Assembly (NCBI GenBank): GCA_018653365.1
Contig: JABIAG010000003.1
Location: 32,001 to 96,000 of the forward strand
Direction of reading: 5' to 3'
DNA from: Candidatus Woesearchaeota archaeon
GTDB taxonomy: Archaea; Nanobdellota; Nanobdellia; Woesearchaeales; JABIAG01
DNA: 64,000 bases
In this document: piece by piece, positions 19,705 through 29,300 of the stretch
How positions within the stretch are numbered: the first letter of the stretch is position 1
Layout of the letters: every line of letters begins with the position of its first letter
Made by a program: the position numbers and the translations under genes
The notes under the pieces: generated by a model
Databases searched by the model: none
Seen by the model: the letters and a program-made list of their open reading frames with translations, nothing else
What the model was told of the DNA's origin: nothing

Positions 19705-19909
19705 TTATCTCCTCAATCATTTTATCGATTTGTGCATCATCCATTCCATGCATTTTACATCCTTGCTCTACACTTTCTACTTTTGCCATCATGCAACCCA
19801 TGCAATGTAGGCCATTATTTTGTAATATTTCGGTAGATTGGGGGAATTTTTCAATTAGTTCGAAGAATGACATTCCCTTATTTGCTTTGATTTTTGGTTC
19901 GTTTTCCAT
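19670..19909 (-). CDS. DUF1858 family redox-disulfide protein
   Basis: GLHCMGCMMA..ESVEQG...HG. Confidence 0.85.
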   Translation of the reverse strand: MENEPKIKANKGMSFFELIEKFPQSTEILQNNGLHCMGCMMAKVESVEQGCKMHGMDDAQIDKMIEEINGEVPNKKTDN

Positions 19910-20021
19910 AAGATCACCTGTATTTCCTTATTTTTATCATTTATATGTTTTACTAATTAGTTTACTGGATAGAAAGGCTTATAAAGATATCGGGTGATTC
20001 ACTACTCTTAAGAAGAAACAC

Positions 20022-20768
20022 TTAATTATTCTCAACACGCGGAGCCAATATAAATGATAGTTGTACCTTATCCACCTCTTGAAATGTTAGTTTCATTGGG
20101 TATTCTTTATCAAAAAGGAGTGTAACTCTGTCAGAAAGTTTACTCCCACCAATTATTTTTTTGAAGTATTCAATAGAGTATTTAGCTTTAACAGGATCAG
20201 TTTCATCGTTTGTTATGATTGTTTTTTTGTCTGACTCAATTTCTACTTGAGCTTTTGATAAATTTCCTTCTCCTTTTAGTATTAATTTTTTTTGTTCGCA
20301 AATTAGTGTTACTGATTCTGAAACAACTCCTATGTCTTCTATTGCTTCACTTATTACTTCTGCATCTGTTTCTATTATTACTGGGAATGCTAGTTCGGGT
20401 ACTTTTTGTTCTTTGTCTTCTAGTTCCATTACGGGTATTGAGAAGCTTCTTGTTGTTTTTGATTTTAGTATAACTGTTAACTTGTTATCCTCTCCGAATT
20501 CTAATGTTACTGCGTCTGTTGGTTTGGCTCGTCTTAGTACTTGTCTTAGGTTAGTTAGATTAATGCCAATCTCAGTCTCCTTTTTAATGTTATATTCAAC
20601 AAAACAACTAGAAAGCAGTTTAAAAACTACCATTGCTACATTAGCGGGATCCATTGCAATCATCTCGATTCCATTAGAAGTTACCTTGAATTTTGCTTCA
20701 TTAACTAGTTCTGAGATGATGCTAATACTTTCTTTTAGATATTTTGGTTCTGCTAAAGTTAATTTCAT
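20022..20768 (-). CDS. pcn: Sliding clamp PCNA
   Basis: AMDPANVAMV, AKYSIEY, SFILAPRVE. Confidence 0.97.
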   Translation of the reverse strand: MKLTLAEPKYLKESISIISELVNEAKFKVTSNGIEMIAMDPANVAMVVFKLLSSCFVEYNIKKETEIGINLTNLRQVLRRAKPTDAVTLEFGEDNKLTVILKSKTTRSFSIPVMELEDKEQKVPELAFPVIIETDAEVISEAIEDIGVVSESVTLICEQKKLILKGEGNLSKAQVEIESDKKTIITNDETDPVKAKYSIEYFKKIIGGSKLSDRVTLLFDKEYPMKLTFQEVDKVQLSFILAPRVENN

Positions 20769-20818
20769 ATTTCCCCCTAATATAAAAAAACGATAATACT
20801 TTATAAATTTTTATAGTG

Positions 20819-22144
20819 TCAATTAAACTTAACACTTTCTCCATCATGTAACAAATGTACTTGTTTTTCTTCATATCCCATCGCTAGACATATTTCACGC
20901 ATTCCCTGCTTCATTGATTCATCTCCGTGTGCAGGAATTACATTTTTAGGTTTTACCATTAATAATAAATCTTTCAAATCCTCTTTTGCTGCGTGTCCAG
21001 ATACGTGGATATCTTTGAACATTCTTATTCCAGTTCTTTTCAACTTCTCTTCAAGTACTTTTCTTCCCTCGATTGTTAGGGGGGATGGAATCGTTTTACA
21101 TGAAAATATTACAAAGTCTTCTGAATCAAATCTGAATGGTGTTTCTCCATTGGCCATTCTTGATAGTATTGCTTTTGGTTCTCCTTGATGCCCCGTTACA
21201 ACTAAAATGTATTTTTCTTTGCCTTCTTTCATTACAGTTCTCAATTTGTTATATATCTTGCCTCTAAATCTTATTACTTCTGCATCTTTTGAAAAATCAA
21301 TAATCCCTACTTTTTCTGCAGCTTTGATATATTTGTTTAATGACCTTCCTAAAAACAATAACTTCCGACCAGTTTTTTTAGAAAACTGCACTATCGAATT
21401 AAGTCTGGCAATATGTGAAGAAAACGTTGTAATAATAATCGCTTTTTCATGAGAATAACTCCCTAACATAATATCTTTTAACATTTGTTTTGCAACACTT
21501 TCTGAGGGCATTTTTCTTTCATCCCTGGAATAGGTAGAGTCAACAATAACTGCTACAACATTCTCTAATTCTTCTAACCGTTTGAAGTTGGGTTTCTTCC
21601 CTAATGTGGGATAAAGATCAAATTTGAAATCATTTGCATATAGTACGGTTCCATATTTTGTGTGTATAGCCACCATTGCAGTTTGAGGTGTTGAATGTGT
21701 TACATTAATGAATTCTATTGTTATGTTTTCGCTAACTTTGAATGAAGAGTTGGGATGTATGCTTCTTATGTTATTGTTGATTTTTATTTTTTCATCTCGT
21801 AAGATTGTTTTGATGACTTCTGCTGTAAATGGCGTACAGACAATGTCTGCGTTAAATTCATTTGCTAAGTAAGGAATTGCTCCCACATGGTCTAAATGGG
21901 CATGGGTGGGTATTATTGCTTTTACTTGACCTTTAATGTCTTCAATATTTTTAGTGTTGGGTATTGCTTCAACCCTTTTTAGATCTTCAGGGGATACGTT
22001 AATAAGATCTTCATCTTCTGTAAACTTAATATAATTTTCTAGATGTATTCCCATGTCGCAGATTACTACTTCATCATCTACTTTTATGGCGGTCATGTTT
22101 TTCCCAACATAGTCAAATCCACTTACTGCTATAATCTGTATCAT
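20819..22144 (-). CDS. rnj: Ribonuclease J (beta-CASP)
   Basis: GKNMTA, THAHLDHVG, HSTP, TGHQGEP, HVSGHA, PAHG. Confidence 0.95.
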   Translation of the reverse strand: MIQIIAVSGFDYVGKNMTAIKVDDEVVICDMGIHLENYIKFTEDEDLINVSPEDLKRVEAIPNTKNIEDIKGQVKAIIPTHAHLDHVGAIPYLANEFNADIVCTPFTAEVIKTILRDEKIKINNNIRSIHPNSSFKVSENITIEFINVTHSTPQTAMVAIHTKYGTVLYANDFKFDLYPTLGKKPNFKRLEELENVVAVIVDSTYSRDERKMPSESVAKQMLKDIMLGSYSHEKAIIITTFSSHIARLNSIVQFSKKTGRKLLFLGRSLNKYIKAAEKVGIIDFSKDAEVIRFRGKIYNKLRTVMKEGKEKYILVVTGHQGEPKAILSRMANGETPFRFDSEDFVIFSCKTIPSPLTIEGRKVLEEKLKRTGIRMFKDIHVSGHAAKEDLKDLLLMVKPKNVIPAHGDESMKQGMREICLAMGYEEKQVHLLHDGESVKFN

Positions 22145-22911
22145 TTAAACAACCTCATATAGTTCAAGAATATATTGTTTGCGGTTTCTTTTTCGTCAAA
22201 TCCTTTTATTTTTGCTATTTCTTTTATTGTAACTGTTATGTTTGCGGGTTCATTTGGTTCTCCCTTAATTGGGCTTAGAAATGGCCCGTCGGTTTCTGTT
22301 AGTAACTGATTAATATTAACCTCTTTCACCATGCTTTGAAAATTAGATGCACGATTAACATTTGTTGGAATAGTAAAATAATATCCTCTCAAAGCCCCCT
22401 CTTTCACTAGATTTTTGTTTCCGCAAAAGCAGTGCATTACAACCTTTTTAGCATTTTCGCGTTCAAGTATTTCTAAAACTTCTTTTTCTGCTTTTCGTGA
22501 GTGTACAATTAGTGGTTTATTAAGTTCTTTGGCTAATTTAATCATTTTAACAAATAATTTTTCTTGTTCTTTTTGATTAATATTTTCTGAACTAAAATCC
22601 AGTCCCACTTCTCCAATACCCATAATGTCCTTTTGATGTTTTTTAATGAATGCAATCTCTTCTTCAACATCACACTCCTTAAACGCTTTCCCTGATGCTT
22701 CATACTCTTTTTTCAGAGCATCTTTTGGGTAAATTCCTAAAGAACATTCAACAATTTCATATTCTTTTTTCAATTCAAGTGCTTTTCTATTTGTTTCATG
22801 ATCAATTCCAGAAGTAATAATCTTCTTAACACCGCTCTCTTTCGCTCTTATAATTGCATGATCTAAATCATTTAACAATTCTAGATGATTGTGTACGTCT
22901 ACTAGTTCCAT
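22141..22911 (-). CDS. tatD: TatD family DNase
   Basis: DVHNH, GIGEVGLD, VHSR, MHCF, LTETDGPFL; start set at ATG 22911. Confidence 0.93.
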   Translation of the reverse strand: MELVDVHNHLELLNDLDHAIIRAKESGVKKIITSGIDHETNRKALELKKEYEIVECSLGIYPKDALKKEYEASGKAFKECDVEEEIAFIKKHQKDIMGIGEVGLDFSSENINQKEQEKLFVKMIKLAKELNKPLIVHSRKAEKEVLEILERENAKKVVMHCFCGNKNLVKEGALRGYYFTIPTNVNRASNFQSMVKEVNINQLLTETDGPFLSPIKGEPNEPANITVTIKEIAKIKGFDEKETANNIFLNYMRLFK

Positions 22912-22976
22912 TAATCTTAGAATAACAAAAACCTTTAAAAATGTTCCTCCCATTCTTTGTTTTGGAGGTAATTATA

Positions 22977-23150
22977 ATGGTAAAAGATAGCAAATTCCTT
23001 AAAATTCGTTGTACTAAATGCAATAATGAACAAAATACTTTTGGTAAGGCCTCAACACCTGTCAAATGTTTAGTTTGTGGAGAACCCCTGGTTGATCCAA
23101 AAGGTGGTAAAGGTAAGATTAGAGCTAGAATTTTAGAGGTATTAAACTAA
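22977..23150 (+). CDS. rps27e: 30S ribosomal protein eS27
   Basis: SKFLKIRCTKC...CLVCG..L..PKGGK; SD GGAGGT. Confidence 0.95.
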   Translation: MVKDSKFLKIRCTKCNNEQNTFGKASTPVKCLVCGEPLVDPKGGKGKIRARILEVLN

Positions 23151-23920
23151 TGTTGCTTAAGAAAAAGGGGTTTCCTGAAGAAGACATTTTAGTTTTGGTT
23201 AATGTTACTAAGGTTAATCCTAACTCTGTTTTCGTTACGCTAGATCATTATGAAGGTCGTACTGGTCTGATTCACATTTCTGAGATTAGTCCAGGTAGAA
23301 TTCGTAACATTCGTGATTACGTTGTTGAAGGAAAAAAGATTGTTTGTAAAATTTTAAGAGTTGATAAAGAAAAAGGCCATATTGATGTTAGTTTAAGAAG
23401 AGTTACTGAGATTCAGAAAAGAAATTTCTTGAATGACCTTAAACAAGAACAAAAAGCTGAAAAACTTTTACAATTTTTTGCTGAACAAAATAAACTCCCT
23501 GCAGCAGATTTAACTAATATGTTTTCTAAAATTGGAGTGGAATACAATTTTGTTTTTGATTTTTTTCGAGATGTTGTTGATAATGTGGTTAAAGTTGAAG
23601 ATACAATTAACCTCCCTATTGCTAAGAAATTAGAAGAGTTTATACGAGAAAAAATTCAACCAGAAGAAGCTATTGTTAAAGGAAAATTAAAAGTTTCTTT
23701 TTTTAATTCTGATGGCGTTTCTGAAATCAAGTCTCTTTTCAAAGAAGTTCTGGATGATCAAACAGTTGTAAGATATCTTGGAGCTGGAGCTTACTCTTTT
23801 GAGGTTAAAGACAAAGAGTTTAAAGATGCTGAAAAATTACTTAAACAAAAGTTAAATAAAGTTGAGAGCTTTGTTGAGAAAAGAAAAGGTGTTTTTTCGT
23901 TTGAAAGGATCGAAGCATGA
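23150..23920 (+). CDS. eif2a: Translation initiation factor aIF2 alpha
   Basis: S1 domain GLIHISEI, IRNIRD, GHIDVSLRRV. Confidence 0.95.
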   Translation: MLLKKKGFPEEDILVLVNVTKVNPNSVFVTLDHYEGRTGLIHISEISPGRIRNIRDYVVEGKKIVCKILRVDKEKGHIDVSLRRVTEIQKRNFLNDLKQEQKAEKLLQFFAEQNKLPAADLTNMFSKIGVEYNFVFDFFRDVVDNVVKVEDTINLPIAKKLEEFIREKIQPEEAIVKGKLKVSFFNSDGVSEIKSLFKEVLDDQTVVRYLGAGAYSFEVKDKEFKDAEKLLKQKLNKVESFVEKRKGVFSFERIEA

Positions 23921-24069
23921 ATCATATAATGAAATGTTCAAAATGTGGCAAATACACGCTTGAAGCTTCTTGTTGTAGTAAAAAAACAGTTTCACCACGC
24001 CCTCCCAAATATTCTCCTGAAGATAAATATGCTGATTATAGAAGAAAGTATAAGGAGTTGAATGCATGA
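23917..24069 (+). CDS. nop10: H/ACA RNP protein Nop10
   Basis: Manual translation MNHIMKCSKCGKYTLEASCCSKKTVSPRPPKYSPEDKYADYRR; conserved gene context. Confidence 0.92.
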   Translation: MNHIMKCSKCGKYTLEASCCSKKTVSPRPPKYSPEDKYADYRRKYKELNA

Positions 24070-24815
24070 CTTGGAAAGTTATTAAAAAGCTTAAAGAAAA
24101 ACCTAAGAATAGTGTTTTGTTAGTTGGTCTTCCAGGAATTGGTAATGTGGGTAAGATTAGTGTTGATTTTTTGATTGAGGAACTGAAGGCTAAGAAACTG
24201 ATTGATTTTTTTTCTAACTCTTTTCCAAATTCTGTTTTTGTTAATGAAAAAAACTTGATTGAACTTCCTTTAATTTCTCTTTATTACAAAAAAAGGCAGA
24301 ACAAAAAAGACTTGTTATTACTTACTGGAGATATTCAACCTCCTGATGAAAAAACTTGTTATGATTTTTGTGGTATAATTAATCATCTTTCTAAAGAGCT
24401 TGATATTAAACAGGTTATTACTTTGGCAGGGATTGGGTTAAAAGAAGAGCCTAAAAAGCCTAATTTGTTTGCTACTGGTAACAATTCAAAAGTAATTCAA
24501 ACATTTTGTAAAAAGCACAAGGTTAGCAAGGATGTTTATGGTACTGTTGGTCCAATTATTGGGGTAAGTGGAGTTCTACCTGCGGTAACAAAGATCCCCT
24601 CTCTTATTTTTTTAACAGAGACTTTTGGCCATCCGTTTTATGTGGGAATTAATGGTTCTAAAGCATTGTTAGACGTTCTTAATAAGGAGTTTAGTCTTAA
24701 TGTTAAGGTTGATAAACTTCTAAAAGAAGTTAAAAGTATTGAAGAAGATTCTTTAGAAAAAACTAATAAGCTTAAAGAAGTTTCTAATAATAAAGCAGAT
24801 AATTATATTGGTTAA
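24066..24815 (+). CDS. PAC2 family proteasome assembly chaperone
   Basis: GLPGIGNVGK, LTGDIQP, PIIGVSG; follows nop10. Confidence 0.9.
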   Translation: MTWKVIKKLKEKPKNSVLLVGLPGIGNVGKISVDFLIEELKAKKLIDFFSNSFPNSVFVNEKNLIELPLISLYYKKRQNKKDLLLLTGDIQPPDEKTCYDFCGIINHLSKELDIKQVITLAGIGLKEEPKKPNLFATGNNSKVIQTFCKKHKVSKDVYGTVGPIIGVSGVLPAVTKIPSLIFLTETFGHPFYVGINGSKALLDVLNKEFSLNVKVDKLLKEVKSIEEDSLEKTNKLKEVSNNKADNYIG

Positions 24816-26170
24816 AAAAGTTCTTTTATTCTTGTTAGGAATCCTGAAAAGTATGCAATTATTAAAAATATTATTATTGCCAGCCCTCCAACTGAATAAT
24901 CGAAATGATAAATTGCTAGATTCCAAAGCCATACTGCGTTTGTTATGATCCAGCTCCAAATCTGGTTAAACATGCTGAACGTAATTATCTGTGTATATGC
25001 TGCATAGTACAGTGTTGCAATAATTACTGCAATACTTAGAGTAATTGTTAGTATCTCTTTGTACTCTTTTATTTCATACCATTCTTTGTATAATAATACT
25101 ATTAAACTAATTATCAGTATGCCTAAAATTGTGTGTGCAGGGTATTGTAAGACTAAATTGTATAGGTAAACTGTGTTGGCTGTTACAAACCCACTTGCTT
25201 TTGCAAATGCAAGCTCTATTTTAGCAAGTGTTAATAATTTGGTATAAAACACACATGCTAGTATAATTATTGCTGCTGTTATTTCAGCTATTTTCAAAAC
25301 CTTTTTTTTATTTATTTCACGTTTTTTGTAGGGTTTTTTGAGTATATGGTGGTGTACTGTTCTTCTTAATAAGTGAACATGCATTCCGATTAACATTGTT
25401 ACTGATAGGGTAGTTACTGCAAGAATAATTAATGCTAACCAGTATAAATTATCCTTGTTGCTATTGAATTGTTCTCTCTGTTTATCGTTTTCAGTACTAA
25501 ACATTAGGCTTGATGTTCCGATTGAATCGCCGTGTTTTATTATGATTCCAAATACGTATTGTCCACTTTCGATACTTTTTGGAAGATGAATTGTTTTTGT
25601 AAAAGTTTCTTTTTTGTTAACTGCTATATTCGAACTTTCTGTTAGGATTGTATTGCCTTTGAAGTCTTTTATTACATATTCGATATCAACATTGGTCAAT
25701 CCGACATCTCTTAAATCAAATAATGTTAATTCAACATTTAAATTTCCTCCTGCCTTGATCTCTTGGTTTAGTTGGAGGGTTGTACTTGCATCAAATAATA
25801 CTTTTTGTGTTTCTATTTCTACTATTAGTGGAATATTTTTTACTTGACTTTTGCTTTTGGCTAAAAAGTTTCCTACAAATATTCCTTTTTGATTTGTTGA
25901 ACCAATTGTTAGCACAACATTTTTGGTTTGCCTAGGTGTTAAAGCGAATTTGTTTTCTTGTATGTTGATTATTTCTGATAAGTGTTCTGGATAGACTTCT
26001 AAGTTTTGTTCTTTATTTGAAATGCTGGTTAATTTTACTATTCGTTCTTCTGGTTGGTCTTTTAGTAATACTTTGATTAGTATATTGTCTGTTTTAAACG
26101 ATTCTGCTGCTAATACACTAGTAGCAAAGAGGGTTATCATTAGAATGAATATTAGTATTTTTGCATTCAT
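24812..26170 (-). CDS. Membrane-anchored protein with Ig-like domains and a multi-TM C-terminus
   Basis: Signal peptide; N-terminal domains paralogous to the C-terminus of the giant protein (IPLIVEIETQKVLFD vs IPIVMKVATEKVLFD). Confidence 0.75.
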   Translation of the reverse strand: MNAKILIFILMITLFATSVLAAESFKTDNILIKVLLKDQPEERIVKLTSISNKEQNLEVYPEHLSEIINIQENKFALTPRQTKNVVLTIGSTNQKGIFVGNFLAKSKSQVKNIPLIVEIETQKVLFDASTTLQLNQEIKAGGNLNVELTLFDLRDVGLTNVDIEYVIKDFKGNTILTESSNIAVNKKETFTKTIHLPKSIESGQYVFGIIIKHGDSIGTSSLMFSTENDKQREQFNSNKDNLYWLALIILAVTTLSVTMLIGMHVHLLRRTVHHHILKKPYKKREINKKKVLKIAEITAAIIILACVFYTKLLTLAKIELAFAKASGFVTANTVYLYNLVLQYPAHTILGILIISLIVLLYKEWYEIKEYKEILTITLSIAVIIATLYYAAYTQIITFSMFNQIWSWIITNAVWLWNLAIYHFDYSVGGLAIIIFLIIAYFSGFLTRIKELF

Positions 26171-26352
26171 TGTTTTCCCTCTTTTTTTGGTAACTCAACG
26201 TTTTGATGTATCCACATGACTAAAATATTTCTTATTACTGATGCTGAAGAATTTCCATATACGCCTTGTAGGCCTTCTATAATAGCTAATTGTTCTTTAT
26301 TTAGAGATGTTGGTATCTTAACAGTATCCTTTTGGTTACCTTTTGAAGCCAT
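26167..26352 (-). CDS. Ribbon-helix-helix (CopG-like) regulator
   Basis: KIPTSL beta strand, helix, G-N-S-S-A-S-V-I-R turn-helix; TTTATAAA upstream. Confidence 0.7.
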   Translation of the reverse strand: MASKGNQKDTVKIPTSLNKEQLAIIEGLQGVYGNSSASVIRNILVMWIHQNVELPKKEGKQ

Positions 26353-26387
26353 TATGGAGTATCTATAGAAACTTTACTTTATAAATA

Positions 26388-29300
26388 TTATTCTTTTTTC
26401 CAGGTTTTTACTGTTCTAACGATTAAGAATAAAACTAAACTAAGAACTACTAACACTCCGATCAATTTTGAATCAATTTTTGTGTAACTTTCTTTATTCA
26501 ACAACCCGGCCATTCCTGCTGTCAGTTCTTTCCCTCCTTTAACTTTGAACATGTTGCCTGCTACTGCTACTGCTCCTTCATAGTCTGCTTGAACAGTTGC
26601 TATGTAATTTCCAGTTATTAAATTATTTGTTGAGAATTTTTTTACAAAACTTAATTCTTTGTCTACTGCCAGGGTTTCATAAGATTTCCAAACAGTGTTG
26701 TCGTCCATATCTTTAATTGTGTAAGTTATTACAACATCAACCTTTTTTGGTTTTCCCATGCTTAACAAGGTTATTTGTGTTTTTAGATCTTTTCCAGAAT
26801 CTAGTTCTTTTCTTTCTGCATCCATCTTAACATCAAATAATACTTTTTCAGTTGCAACTTTCATTACTATTGGGATGGATTTCATTATTCCCTGTGTTTC
26901 AATTAGTACGTTTCCTGTATGCACTCCTGTTTCTTTTGCTATAAAGTCTAATGTGATAGTTTCTGCTTTTCCTGGATCCAGGGTTATGCTGTTTGTTGAG
27001 CTGTGTACATTTTTTAATCCTCTGATGTCTATGCTAAGTTTTAAGACTGTATCACCTGTATTGATTATTGTTAATTCTTCTGTTTCTCCCTCTCCTTCGA
27101 TTAGATTTACTGAGATTTTACTTCGTGTTGTCTCAATCTCTTTTCTTATCTCTTTTACGTATCCAATTGGTTCTTCTAGCGTTTCAATTGATCCATCTCC
27201 GCCGCCTCCTCCTCCACCGCCTGCAGTGTTTATGATTGGGTTAACGGTATCAACACTAGTATCAATAGTTACTGTTCTTAATTCAGTAATATTCTCATTT
27301 CCTGCATCATCTTTTGCACTGGCAGAATATGTGTAATTTCCATCTGGTAGTCCGTCTGTTGCATTCAAACTTTGATTCACATACAAGTACCATTGCGTTT
27401 CATTAAACTTATTTAAGTTTGAAGCATATTGTTGGTAAACTTCTGAAGCTGAAAGAGAACGATTCCAAACTCTAACTTCATCGATTAATCCATTAACAGC
27501 ATATTGGCCACTAACAATATTAAGATCGCCAATATAAAACTCTCGTGTGCTTGTTCCAGCAGTCCAAGAATAAGTAAATGTATCTTTTGCAATGCTATCA
27601 ACATAATAAGTTGCCGTAGTCCCATCTCCGGTAAGAGTCAGCATATGCCAGTCCCCTGCACTTATTCCATGAACTCCGGGATTCCCATTTCCATTCCCTT
27701 CATAAGTATCTCCAAATCCATAAAATGTATTTCCGGTTCCATCAATTCCAATATAAAATCTCCTGTTATTTCCATCATGATGACCTACCAACTGATCTAT
27801 TGGTGAAACAACATCATATTTGACCCAGTATATGATTGTACCAACATTAGTACTGTGGTTATATCCTGTAGAAAAATAGTCTCCTCCATCAAAACTATAT
27901 GCTTGATCATATTTTCCACTCGAGCTCCAACTAGGACAACTATCCCCACTACAACTCCCATCATTCCCCTTCCCACTCATATCAACAACATAAGTATCAT
28001 TCTCACCTAAAGCTGAACGATTATCAAAGTTCATCATTAACACAAGACTATCATTAAACATTGTAAAATTAGTTCCATTCCAATTATATTTAACCTCATC
28101 CAAATTAAATTCACTAATTGAAACATTTATTTCAACAGAAGTATTAGTCGGTGAGCTTTCATTATCAAGTGTTGGGCTGACATAACTTATGGTTGGGAAA
28201 TAATCTGATAATTCAATATTTATCTGCAGGTTTGTTGATATGTTGATGCTTGAATTAGAATAGCTGCTTAAACCAGTTAGAGTTGCATTCAAACTATGGG
28301 GGGTATAATTATAAGTTCCTGTCTTGTTTTGTGTATACTCCTTAACGGTCTGTCTTACTATATTTCCCGTAACATCTGTTAAGACAGAAAACTTCTCATT
28401 ATTATTAACATCATCTACACTTACATTTACTCCTTGTTTGTTATTCCCTAAGGTATCATTCACATAAACGTCTAAGTACCATGAAACATTCAAATCCAGA
28501 ACATCATTAATGGAAGTTTCAGTTTCATCAAATGTGACATTTATGAAATTCAGCCAGGAACCTGCATCCGTGTCTGTACCAGTATAAATATCTAAATGAT
28601 TTGTACAGTTTAATACTGTATTTATGAATGTTGCAGTTATTACATCCTTATTTGCCTGCAGGGCATAATTTGTTCCACCATCTTTTGTTATTGTGAATGT
28701 TGAATCTGATATTGTATTGTTAAGTGAATCGTCATATAGATAAATTCCCTTCAGGGCATATCCATAAAGATTAACTGATGCATTTGATATGACGTTATTT
28801 GAGCTTAAATAGAGATAAATCCCATTTGTTCCTGAATCATATTCAGTATCACTTATATTGATTATTGTTGAAGTTATTACATTATTATTGGATCCTCTTA
28901 AGTAAACTCCGTGTGTATTGTAACCTGCCCCCTGGCCTGAAGAAAGATTATTGCCTGTTAGATTGTTGTTTGGGCTGTCATAGAGATAAATTCCTATAGC
29001 AGAAGTTCCGTTATACTCAATATTGTTATGTTCTAAAATGTTATTTGAACTGGTATCAAGGAATGTACCATGTCCATATGTTGAATCTGTGATGATTCTG
29101 TTTGAACTGAGGTTATTATTATTTGAATTCGGATATAACCAAATTCCATAACCTGTAGATGAATTTATGAAATTATTGTTGATTGTTGAATTTGTTGTGT
29201 GAAATAAACTTATCCCGTCATCTGTAATATTTGAATTCTGAACTGTAATATTATTACTCCAGGCAAATATGATTTGTCCATACTGAGCTAAATTAATTCC

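Noticed and set aside
22911-22977. Loss of rpl44e, normally upstream of rps27e
   Set aside because: Only shows local rearrangement; the gene may lie outside the window
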